From the NCBI GenBank assembly GCA_963575745.1, contig CAUYUJ010000112.1:62001-118104 (forward strand): a DNA stretch of 56,104 bases, read 5' to 3'. Of the stretch, positions 11,920 to 23,427 are shown one piece after another. The notes below the pieces were generated by a model, which was given only the letters and a program-made list of their open reading frames with translations, was not told the origin of the DNA and ran no database searches. The DNA comes from Prorocentrum cordatum (Eukaryota). The translations under genes were made by a program, and so were the position numbers. Every line of letters begins with the position of its first letter. Position 1 is the first letter of the stretch.

Positions 11920-12810
11920 AACGTCGTCACTCGGGCATTAGATGGGGCTCCTCATGGACCGCGAGCCGTCTGAGGGGGCGCGTCGTACTGGGTGACGCGG
12001 GCGCATGTAAACGTTGCCGATGGGGCTTAAGCGGGGCTGCCGGTGGGGCCACGGACCGCGGGGGCGTTGCGCCGTGATGCGCGGCGCGCGTGCGCGCAGA
12101 GGTCGTCAGTGGGGCAATAGGTGGAGCTCCCTACGCGGCCACGGACCGCGTGAACGGCGTGCCCTTATTGGAGGCGCGGGGGCGTGCATACATCGGCACT
12201 GCGGCCTTGCGTGAACCTCCCCATGGAGCCGCGGACCGCGCGAAATGTGCGCCGGAATGAATGGCGCGAGCGCGCGTGCACGTCGCAATTTGGCCCTTTG
12301 GTGGCGCTCGCTTTGGGCCCACGAACGCTGTCAAAGGCGCGCCGTCATGGGCGGCTCAAGCGCATGCAAACATCGCCACTGGCGCCGTGCAGGGAGCTCG
12401 TTGCGCGGCCGCGAACGGCGCGCGGGTGCGCTGTCATGGGCTTCGCGCGGGCGCGCGTAAACGCCGCCGCGAGGCCTTCGGCGGGGCGCCTTATACGGAG
12501 CGCTGACGCGCGTGACATCGCCACTGCGGTCTTAGGTGGGGCCCCACATGACGGCGCGAAACGTGCGAGGGGTGCGCCGTTATATGGCGCGGACGCATGT
12601 GGACGTCGCAACTGGGTGGATTTGGTGGAGCCCCCTTATGGGGCTGCGGGCGGTGTGAGGGGTGCGTCGCCATGGGTGGCGCCGACGTATGTCAACGTCG
12701 CCACGGGGGCTTTAAGTGGGGATCCTTAAGGCGCCATGAAGCGCGTGATGGGCGCGCCGTACTGGGCGGCGCGGGCGCATGCAAACGTCGCCACTGGTCC
12801 CTCAGATGAA
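11920..12810 (+). repeat. ~90-bp degenerate GC-rich tandem repeat preceded by a (GT)n-rich tract
   Basis: Recurring gtcgccactggggcc...ggcgcggacgcatg; a related block lies at about 19930-20990. Confidence 0.7.
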
Positions 12811-13725
12811 CAGAAATTCCCTCATCGGTCAAGAAGCGCGTGGAGGGTGCGCCGAAATTGACGCGCGGAGCGCAGGGCAGGGGCGGGATGATAGGGTGGA
12901 TGTGGGAGGACGGGGGGCGAGGTGACGCGCGGCGCTGTCGCTTCAAACCGAAGGCCCCGCAACGCAGAATTGCCTTGGGAACTGACGCAGCGGGGGGTGC
13001 AGCGGCGCTAGGAAAGCAGGAAAGCAGAGGGCATACCAGGAGCACCCAAATCTGTCGGAGCGAGGGACGGGGTAGGCCAGACGCACAGCGGCCCTGGGTT
13101 CGCGCGATCGCGGCGTAGGCCGCGTGGGCCGACAAGCAACCCGACGCTTCCCAAGCAACGACGCAACGTTGTAGGAAGCTGCGCCGCGGCGCGTCAACGA
13201 CGCGCCCCAGCGCTGAAGTTGCAGTCGGGGCCCATCGCTGCAGAATGGCGAAAGTAGAGCGGGAGGGGCGCCCGATCCGGGCATGGGATGCATTGGCAGG
13301 GCAAGGGCAAACTAGACTCCCCCCCTCATCTCCCCCCCTCTCCCGCACGCGCCCCTCCCATCCCCCCTTCCCGTTCGCAGCGCCCCGCCCGCGGCCGCCC
13401 CGCTTCTCCCCGGCGGTCCACCGCCGCTCCCCCGCGGCCGCGCCCGCGCGCCATCGGGCCCTGTCGGCCACAGGCCAAGCCCAACCATCCACTCCATCGC
13501 CCCTTGCCGCTCGCCCGCGGCGCCCGCCCGTTGTATCTGCAATCGTTCGCTGTCCCCATCTCCATCTGTATTTCCACGTCGGGCATGCTCGGGGTCGGCC
13601 ATCGGGCGGCGTCGCCGCCCCGGAAGGCCCCGCGCCCTCGAACAACCAGCCCGGCGCAAAATGCGCAACCGCTTGCGCGCCGCAGCCGCCCGCTCGCCCG
13701 CGCATCATGGGGGGGGGCGCGGCGG

Positions 13726-13756
<31 letters not shown>

Positions 13757-14529
13757 CGCGGGCGCCGGGCGCGCGCGCCTGATCTGCCGCCAAGGTTCGC
13801 CAATGACAGATATTGCGGAAGGGGCCGCTCCTCCGCAATCGGGGGAGAGGGGGGTGGAAGGGGGTGGGGGGGGGGCGAACGATCGCGAAGGGGCAAGGAG
13901 CAAGGAGGGGGGATCGTTTTAAAATCGAAAAGCCAAGGGGTGGGAAGGAGGGGGGGGGGGCAAAAAATCGTAAGGGCGGAGGTAAGAAGGCGGAGGGAGG
14001 GGGGGGGGGTCTTGCAAAAATCTGAAATACGGGGGCGGGGAGGGCGAAGAGGAGCGGGGGGGGTGCAAAACTCGGAAGGGCGGGCGGGGGGAGGGCGATT
14101 GGAGGGGGGGGGGGGGGGCGGGGGCTCTGCAAATATCGGCAAGACGAATCGAATTTGGGAGATATCTAAAAAAGCGGGCAGGGGGGGAGGACTTTGCATT
14201 CGTCGGACTAGGAGGGAGAGGGACTTTGCAAAGGGGCTCACCATTCGGAATAGGCGGGGAACTTGCGCAGAAATCGGAAGGGCGGGGGGGGGGGGGCGCT
14301 GCAAACATCGGATGCGCGGGCTGGGAGGAAGGGGGGGATCACTTCTGCAAAAATCTGAAGGGCGGGGGCGGGAAGCGGGGGGGGGATCTTGCAAACATCT
14401 GCACTGGGAGGTGGGGCGAGGACTTCGCGACAATCGGGGGGGGGGGGGCAGCGGGGGAGGGGGGGGGCCTTTGCGAACGAAACAAAAGGAGGGGGTGCTT
14501 TGCGAAATATCTGACGCGTTCGAATCACA

Positions 14530-15695
14530 ATTCGTAGCAACAGCTTGCTGGACAACTTGTGGACAACTTGCTTAAAGCTTGCTTGGTGTCGCAACATGTT
14601 GCTAGAATGCTGATTACATTTTGCTTCGCGTAGCAAAGTTCTGCTAAACACAATGCTTAAGTCTTGCTTCGCGTAGCAACATGTTGCTAGACATGCGCTT
14701 AACATTTGCTCGGCGCTGCCCTCTCCCGCCCCCCCCCCCCCCCCCCCCCCCCCCCCGCGCAAAAAAAATGCCGCCGCAATCGGCGCGAACGCGTGAGATG
14801 CTGAAAAATGTTGCTAGCAATGTGCTTAAAGTTTGCTTCGCGCTGCAAAATGCTGCTAGAAAGTTGCTTAAATGTTGCTTCGCGTAGCAAGAGTTTGCTA
14901 GACATGTGCTTGCATTTTGCTTGGCGCTGCCCCCCCCCCACTCCCCCGCGCAAGTAAAATGCTACCGCCATCGATGTGAACGGGTAAACTGTGGCAGGTT
15001 CGAGGCAACACGTTGCTAGACTGTTGTTCAAATTTTGTTTCGCGCGGCAAAATGTTGCTAGACATGTGCTGAAAGTTTGATTGGCGCGGCCCTCTCCCTC
15101 CCCCCGCGCAGATAACATGCCGCCGATGTCGATGTGAACGGTCAAGGATGCTGGAGGCGCGAAGCAAACTGCTGCTAGAAAATTGCTTAAATTTTGCTTC
15201 GCGTAGCAAAATGTTGCTAGACATTTGCTTAAATGTTGCTTCGCGTGGCAAAATGTTGCTGGACATGTGCTGAAATTTTGCTTCGCGTAGCAAGATTTTG
15301 CTAGAAAGTTGTTTAGAATTTGCTCGGCGCTGCCCCTAAGTAAATCAAGCCATTTTTGTGTCGCTACGCCCCTTTCACGACCTATGCGTTCGCATCGATG
15401 GCGGCAGTGGCCATGGAGGACCACGGCCGCCATCGATGCTTGGCGCAGCCGGCCGAAGCAAGATTTGCTTCGAATTTACCTTCGCGGGCCGCGCCAAGCA
15501 ACATTCAAACTAAGTTTTGCTTGTCAGGCAAAATTCAAGCAAAATTTTGCTTGCCAAGCAAAATTCAAGCAAAAATTTGCTTGCCAGGCAAAATTCAAGC
15601 AAAATTTTGCTTGCCAAGCTAAATTCAAGCAAAATTTTGCTTGCCGGGCAAAATTGAAGCAAATTTTCAAATTCTACTATCGGAAAGCATTTTTT

Positions 15696-15734
<39 letters not shown>

Positions 15735-15800
15735 GCCCCCCAAGTAAAATTCAAGCAGAATCCAAGCAAATTTCAAGCAAATTTAAACAAAATGTTGCTT
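14530..15800 (+). repeat. ~42-bp (ttgcttcgcgtagcaa...ttgctag) and 30-bp (aaaattcaagcaaaattttgcttgcc) tandem repeats plus a poly-A run
   Basis: Direct inspection; 30-bp units at about 15510-15670; A-run at about 15697-15732. Confidence 0.85.
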
Positions 15801-16665
15801 GAATCGCGCCGTCGTGCGCCGTCGTGCGCCGTCGCGCGGCGCGCTTCGTCGTAATCTGGCGGCGCTGACGGTCGGGGCGGCGCATGCGGCGCGGGCGCCC
15901 GACCAGCCCCCCCCCCTGCCAACCGCTGGCGGGATGCGCGCGCCAGGCGCGCGGCCCGGTGCTCGGGCGACGTAGGTGGACAGAACGCTCACCGCGACGC
16001 CCCTGCGATTCTCTCCGCTGCGACGCACCATGCTCGCTCGCATCTTCGATGGCAGAACGCCGCCCCCCTCCGGATCTTTGGCGAGCCGGCCCAGCGCCCC
16101 AGTCGCAGCGCAATGCTCGCCCAGCCGCGACGCGCTGCCCAGTGCCACCGAGCGGCCCATTGTCGCATCCTCGGGTGGAAGCCACTAGTTGGCGCATGGG
16201 CGGCGCGAGCCCCTTCGAAGACATGGGCAGCTGCGCCAGAAACGCGCCCAGACGCGGCGCCCCCGGTTGGGGCTGGCAAAGTGCCGCTTAACGCTGCGCG
16301 CCATCAGCGGCCCCGACAGACAGAGCCACCCCCTTTTCCCCCCCCCCCATGGGCAAGATGACTGCAGCGAGTGCCAGGCGACGCCGCCGCGGAATGCTCG
16401 GGCTCACGGGGCTCCCTGTTCTGCGAGCGAGCGCGCGATGCCCCGACTAGGGCCAGGGCGAGCGCGAAGAGGCCAAGGGTTGCCTTCCCAGAGGGTGGCC
16501 CAACACTAGAGATCGCCCGCGCACGGCCAGGATGGCAGAGGCGCGTGCTCGAGGGCACCCGTAGAATCGCAAAACGTGCCTGAGTGGAACTCAACTACCT
16601 GCACCTCACAATGAATATGGCCACCAATTTCCCCAAATTGGCAGGGCGCGCTATCTCGCGACCTA

Positions 16666-19600
16666 CAGTCGGCCTTGATGACTAGGTCGACCCTGCCAAA
16701 TCAAGGGTGCCCTTGTGTCCTGTACATCGCGCGTCGTGTCCTCCGCAATTGCGGGCAAGGGTGCCCTTGTGCCCTGCGATGTTTGCGCATGCCCGGGGCT
16801 TGGTCCGCGGCGTTCTAAGCGCGTCGCGCCGCGAGGAGGTCATGGCCTGGGTCTAGAGCACCCTTGCCCTCTCAGGTTTTCTTTTGGGGGGGGCATTTTC
16901 GCTTCCACGTGGGATTGCGGTCCCCGCGCCGCGCCCGCGGCGCCGCGCTCTGCGACTGTCTCCGAGTGCGGCCGCGGCTCTTGTGAACGAACGACGCAAT
17001 GATTCGGCGTCGCCCCCGCGCAGCCGGGCACTCCGCGCGCCTTGTGCTTGCCGGGCCCCGCAATTCCATTCATCGTCGCAGTCGGGCAGAGGGCGCGGGG
17101 CGCGCCGAGGGCACGCTCGCGCCCTCTGCATTGGATGCTTTGGCGTCCCAACCATCCTGTGGCGTTGGGTCCTGGTTTTGAAGAAGCGGTGCCCCGCGTC
17201 TCCTCTTCTCCTCGCCCCCCCCCATCCTCTGCCTCTGCCCTCCGCGCGTCGCCCGCCCGAGCGCGCTCCTCGCGCGGCCTGGGGGCGCATGTGGGACTTA
17301 CACCGAAGGCTCCGATGGCGCAGTTTGCATGCGTCCGCGCCATCCACGTCGGCACGCCCCCCGCGCAGTTCGCGGGCTGCACTGAGCATACAGCTTCGTA
17401 TATTACACATTGGGATGACAGCCTCTTCCGATATGAAAATGTGTTTTGTTGCATGATGTTTGTACCCGTAGATTTTGATGTACTATCGCTCCGATTGCAT
17501 GACGCGTCATACACTGGAGTGGCGGATCGGCGAGGGGGGTCGGGCGGGGTGGTGGTGGTGGTGGGGGCTCTGCGGTGGTGGTGGTGGCGCGTGCGTGTGT
17601 GCGCGTGCGTGTGTGCGTGCGTGCGTGGGGGGGTGGGGGGGAGGGGGGCGGGGCGCGCGCGCGTGCGCGCGCGTGCGTGGGCTGCACTGAGTATAAAGCT
17701 TCGTATATTGCATATTGAGATGACAGCTTCTTCCGATACGAGAATGAGTGTTTGCTTTTGTTTTCCACCATTTGGTATTGAATTTAACATCGCTCCCATT
17801 GTATACACCATCGTACTAAGCGTGGCCGGTAGGGGCGCGCGCGCGTGGGCTGCGCTGAGTATAGAGTCTCGTATGCTGCACATTGAGATGACAGCTTCTT
17901 CCGAACTGAAAATGAAAGTTAAAATTGGGTTGCCGCAGTTTGGTTTTCGAAGTAACATCACTCCCAGTGTATAGAACGCCATGCCAAGCGATGCCGCTCG
18001 GGGCGCGTGCGCGGGCGGGCGCGCGCACGCGCGCGGGCACCACTGCGCATACAGTCTTGCATACTGCACATTGAGATGACAGCTTCTTCCGATCTGAGAA
18101 TGAATTATTACATCGGGTTTTCACATGTTGGTTTTCGATGTAACATCTCTCCCATTCAATACAACGTCATGCACAGGCGTGGCACATCGGGGGGGGGGCG
18201 CGCGCGTGGGCTGAACTGAGTATACAGTTTCGTATATTGCATATTGAAATGGCAGCTTCTTCCGATCTGAAAATGAAACTTTACCTTGGCTTTCACCATT
18301 TGGCTTTCGACTTGCGCTCCACTTGTAAAGAGCGTCACAACAAGCGTGGCCAGCCGGGGCGCGCGCGCACGTGGGCTGCACTGCGTAAACAGTCTCGTAT
18401 ATTGCACATTGAGATGACAGCTTCTCCCGATCTGAGAATGCATTGGGTTTTCCACCATGTGGTTTTCGATGCAACATCACTCCCATGGTATACAACTTCA
18501 TACCAAGCGTGGCCGGTTAGGGCGCGCGCTTGGGTTGCGCTGAGTATCCAATTTCGTAGATCGCACATTGAGACGAGAGCTTCTTCCGACCTGAGAATGA
18601 TTTTTTAAATCTGGTTTTCACTGCTTGGCGTCTGGCGTCAAATCACTCCAATTGTGGAGCACGTCTTTCGCAGGGGAGAGGATTGGGGAGGTGCGCGCGA
18701 GGGCACGTGGGCTGCACTGAGTATGCAGTTTCTTATACTGCTCCTAGAGATGACAGCTCCTTCCAATATGAGAATGAATTTTTACACTGGGTTGCCACCA
18801 TCTGGTTTTCGATTTAACATCACTCCAGATATGGAGCGTCATGCACCGGCGTGGCGGATCGGGGGCGGGGGGGGGGGGGGGGCGCGCGCGCGCGGGCGCC
18901 GCGCGCCTGGGGTGCGCTGAGTATACAGTTTCGCACACTGCACATTGAGACGACAGCTTCTGCCGATCTGAGAATGATTTGTTCTACATTGGGTTTTTCA
19001 CAATTTGGTTTTCGACTCAACATCACTCCTATTTCGTAGAGCGCCATGACAAGCGTGGCCTGTCGGGGGAGGCGCCCGCGTGCTCTGAGGTGGCGACAGG
19101 TCGTTTTGCCGCGGGAGGGTGGTCTGCGTGTCCTCTCGTTTGCGACGTCGTCGCCCGCGCCTTTGTTCTCTGGTCTTTTGCCGTGGCCACTTGTCGCTGT
19201 GCCGCGGACGGGCTGTCTGCGCGTTCTCTCGTTTGCGACGTCGTCGGCAGCGCTTCTTTTCTCTTGTGCTCTGCGGTGGCGACAGGTCGCTTTGCCGAGG
19301 GGGGCGGTCTGCGCATCCTCTCGTTTGCGACGTCGTCGCCCGCGCCTTTGCTTTTGCCGTGGCCACAGGTCGCTTTGCCGCTGAGAGGGCGGTCTGCGTG
19401 TTCACTCATTTGCGACGTCGTCGCCCGCGCCCTTGTTCTTTGGCCCCCTGCCACGGCGACAGGTCGCGCGATCGCGCCTCGGGGGGCGAGCGGGGCGGCG
19501 CGACGCGCTGCGCTTTCTACGCGATCGGTGGCGCGGCCAATTGGCGCGCGCTCCCTTTGGCGAGGCCGCGGGTCGTCCGCGGGTCGGCCGCGGTCGCGGC

Positions 19601-19700
19601 CCGGGCAAGGCGCCCTTGTGCCCCGTGGTTGTTGGGGACAACGTTACCGTCGGAAGAGTCTTGCGTCCTGTCGCGCGTCCTGCGCCATCAAGGCCGACTG
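16666..19700 (-). mobile_element. Non-autonomous Tc1/mariner-like element, copy 2 (inverted)
   Basis: TA|CAGTCGGCCTTGATG at 16664-16680 and CATCAAGGCCGACTG ending at 19700; reverse-complement homologue of 8513-11225. Confidence 0.7.
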
Positions 19701-22179
19701 CGTGACTCCCCATCCTTTGCCCCTGACTCTGCCTTGCTCTGCCCAGCTGATGTTCCCCCCCCCGCCAGCCCACGTTAGACGGGCGGGGAACGTCGTTTCT
19801 CTTTTTTGGGGGGGGGCGGAAAGGGGGGGGGATGGGGGGGGGGAAGGCGCGGGGCTGGAGTTTCACGCACCTTGGGCACGAGGTCAATCATGCGCAACTG
19901 TGAGCACCGCGATTGTGGATAAGCACATGCGCGTCTCACTGGGGCGTTCCGCGGGGCTCCCTGTGGGGCCGCGAACCGTGTAGGTGCGCAGTGATGCGTG
20001 TGTGTGTGGTGTGTGTGTGTGTGTTTGTTGTGGTGGTGTGTGTCGTGTTGGCGTGTTGGTCGTGGTGGTTGATGGTTGGTGGTGGTGGCGGTGGTGGCGC
20101 GTGGGGGGCGCGCATGGGGGCGGCGGTGGTCGCGGTGGGCGGGCGGGTTGGAGGTGGTTGGGGTCGAGCTGGGCGGGGGTCTCTAGGTGGGTGGGCGGGC
20201 CATGGGCGGCGCAAGCGCCATGGGCGTCGCACGCGCGCGCGCGCGCGCCGTCGTGGGCGGCCAAACGCAAGCACGCGTCGCTTGGAGCTCCCCATGGGCC
20301 CGCGAATGGCGCGGGCAGCGGTCGCCATTCGGGCCTTGCGCGGGGCTCTTCGCGCGGCCGCGGACCGCGCGAAGGGCGCGCCGCAATGGGCGGCGCGGGC
20401 GGTTGCAAGACGGCGCCGCCGCGGGGACCTCAGGCGAAACTCCCGACGCGGCCGCGGGCCGCGCGAGGCGCGCGCCGCAATGGATTGCGCGCGCGTGAAC
20501 CTTCGCCACTGGGGCCCTAAGTGGAACTCTTTCTGAGGCAACGGGCCGCGCGATGGAGCGCGTCGCCAAAGTTGGGCCGGGCACGCGCGCACGTCGCCAA
20601 AGAAACTTCTCGTTGAAATCCTTCTGGGGCCACGAACCGCGCGAGGGCGCGCCGCGACGGGTGGCCCAGGCGCGCGCGACCGTCGCCGCGGGGGCCTTCG
20701 GTGGAGTTCCATGCGGGGCCGCGAACCGCGCGATGGGGCGCGCCGTGGTGGGTGGCGCGGTCGCGTGTCCACGTCGCCACAGGCGCCTCAGGTGGAGCCC
20801 CCTATTGGGCCGCGGTCCGCGCGAGGGCGCGGCGTCATGCGTGGCGCGGACGCATATGAGCGTCGCTACTGAGGCCTTAGGTGCACTGCCATACGCGGCC
20901 ACGAACCGCGGGGAAGGCGCGCCGGGACTTTCGCGTTGGCGTCGCAAGTGCGCGCGGCGCGCCGACGTGGCGCATGGACATTCGCGCGCGGACGCCACGC
21001 GCGGGCGCTGCCGCGCACGGGCGCTGCGCAAAGAGGCGGGGGGGGGGGCGCGAACAGGGGGGGGTCGCGATGGAGTGGGGTGGGCTGGGATGGAGGGTGG
21101 GCGGGCGGCGGGCGGGCGGGTGGGCGCGCGCGCGGAGGGGGCGGGGGGGGGGGGCGGGGGGGGGCGATGGGGGGGGGTAAACTGCGTAATGCAGGCGCGC
21201 CGCGAAGTACGCGTCGGATGAATGCATTAAAGCATATGACGGCCCACATCAACATAGCAATGACGACTTTAAACCAGTTGCGAAAAAAGAGGATCCGCGC
21301 TGGCTGTGCGTTGGACAGCCTAACGAGGTACATTGCAAGGGCGCACAAGACTGGTAAATAGCTCCAGAAACCCGTGTAGAGCAAAGCATGATGGGGGGAG
21401 CGGGCATTGGACTGATCGGGTAGGGAATGTGCACGTGGTCTGCACATGCGGATTGGGCGTGGCACTGCGCTGTGCTACCGCGGTGACATTTGCGTCGTGG
21501 ACGCCGCCATGGCGACAGCGTGCGTTACTTTATGTACGCGTCGAACCCTGAGGAGACGCCCGCGTCGAACTCGGTCGCGCCACCCTCTGCACCACCGTTG
21601 CATGTGGACAGCGTCTGGTTGGCGTTTGAACATGCCAGGGTGGCGTGGGATAAGCTTTGGGGTAGGTTTGCGGACCACGCTAATGCTACGAATCGTACGC
21701 CACAGGATAGTCGCAGAGATACTGTTGACCTTGGTCACAGTATGTGTTGGAGCAGGGTTCGATAAAGGCGTGGTCAGGCACGGTCGCGCAGAGTTGAATA
21801 TGCATGCGTTGAATATGAATCTAAACGATGCCAGCGCAGTGTCTAGATAGGGCTGCATGTAATAGAACATAGAGCTTTCAACGTGGCTGCAGGGCAGGGG
21901 CCCGTTGAGTGCGACATGGGCGGTGGTAGCGTAGCGTGGCAAACTCACAAACACAAATTGCGTTAATAGCTTTTCTGGCAAACTGCGCGCTGGGGGGCGG
22001 CGGAGCAGTGACCGACAAAGAGACGGAGCGCACTTACTGAGACGTTGCTAACCCTATAGCACGCGGCCGACCAGCGTGGAAAACAATGTAAAGAACGAAA
22101 CGGTACGACATGCATGACATTATCAGGTGACGAACTAGATGTGGCCTCCTGGATGACGCGCACCACGGCGAAAGCCCCC

Positions 22180-22530
22180 TGAGGAAAACCAGTTGTGCAT
22201 TTTTGATTTGGGGCGCCAGCTTGAGCCGAGGAAGCCTCAGGAAGGCAGCGGGTGGCACGTGTCACCGCGAAATCCGCTTGCGGAAACCAATTGCGCGCGT
22301 TTGATTGCGGGCGCCAGCATGAGCCAAATGAGCTTCAGAAGGGCAGCTGGCGACACGTGTCACCGCGGAAACCGCTTAAAGAAAACGCATTGACAGGGTT
22401 TGATTCTGGACGCCAACATGAGCCAAGTAAGCCTCACAAGAGCAGCGGGCGAGACGTGTCACCGCGCAAACCGTTTGAGGACAACCAATTGAACACGTTT
22501 GATTCTGGACGCCAGCACGGGCCACACCAC
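22180..22530 (+). repeat. ~98-bp tandem repeat x~3.5
   Basis: gtgtcaccgcg at about 22259, 22357 and 22456. Confidence 0.85.
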
Positions 22531-23427
22531 GCGGAAGAGACGCGGTTGACAAGCTCCCGCGGAGGAGCACGGGGTGGGAAGGGGGGGGGGGGGGGGCAAG
22601 GGGGAACGGGGGATGTGAAGACATGTCTTTGCCAGGTCGCAACTGGCAAAATATCGGGGAGAAAGCGCCGATCGAAAGATCGGCAAGGATGCCCAAGAAG
22701 GCCGCGCAACGCCATCGCGCGGCAAGAAAAGCGCGAGGACCCGCCCGCCCAACCGATAACATGGGCAAGGATGCCGAGGGATCCCCAAGGGTACCCTTGC
22801 TTCCCCCATCCTTGCGACGCCGCCGCGCAATGGGCTTCAACCCCCGACGGCAAGGGCGAACGTTCCACCAAGGGTACATTTGGGCGGCCGAGACCGCAGC
22901 CAGGCACGCCTGGGAAGGATGACGGCTTGACGTGGGCGCGTTAACCCCGCTAGTGGGGGAACTTTCCTGATGGCACCAGCTTTGAATGCACGATTGGCGA
23001 TCGCGTCTGTCGCGGTCGCGTTTCAATTTGTTTGTGGGCGGGCACCGCCACTTGCAAGTCAGAACCTGCGGCGCAGATTCGTGACATTGAGGTCCGGTGG
23101 GATTTGCCAAGTCCTGAACCGTTTTTAACAAGTCTTGTCCTGCCCCACGACCCACGTCCCAGTGGTGGCGACGCACGCGGCCTGTAGCTGGGGAGCGTGG
23201 CGAGGGCCGACAACGCGAGACAAAACCCGATCCCGAACTGACTACGCATGCTTGGCGTGTGTATCATTATCGCAATGTTGCTTGGGTCGAACATTGGAAT
23301 GCCCCTGCGCCCGTCCGATCAGGCTACTCCCCTATGGCGCGCGCACATTCAAGATTTCTAGTAAAATTTTACTTGGCGGTTCAATTCTTGGGTAAATCAA
23401 TTTCGTAGTGATGCAGCGGTATAAGAG

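Larger units (their letters stand above)
8028..23424. mobile_element. 15.4-kb non-autonomous TIR element with 5-bp TSD
   Basis: GAGAT at 8023-8027 and 23425-23429; imperfect TIRs (33/45 identical terminally, extending to ~78 bp: 8028-8106 vs 23347-23424); interrupts an ORF. Confidence 0.9.

Noticed and set aside
12692..14762. Pro/Gly/Arg-rich ORFs up to 403 aa
   Set aside because: Produced by G/C homopolymers and degenerate repeats in stop-poor GC-rich DNA
15697..15732. Poly-A tail of a LINE, SINE or retrocopy
   Set aside because: The run sits inside a 30-bp tandem array that continues on both sides; no TSD seen
21180..22140. Possible transposase remnant of the 15.4-kb element
   Set aside because: Unique-looking sequence, but no recognisable motif in the ORFs provided; left unassigned
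8028..23424. Polinton/Maverick or virus insertion, suggested by size and TIRs
   Set aside because: No polB, integrase, ATPase or capsid ORFs; interior is decayed repeats
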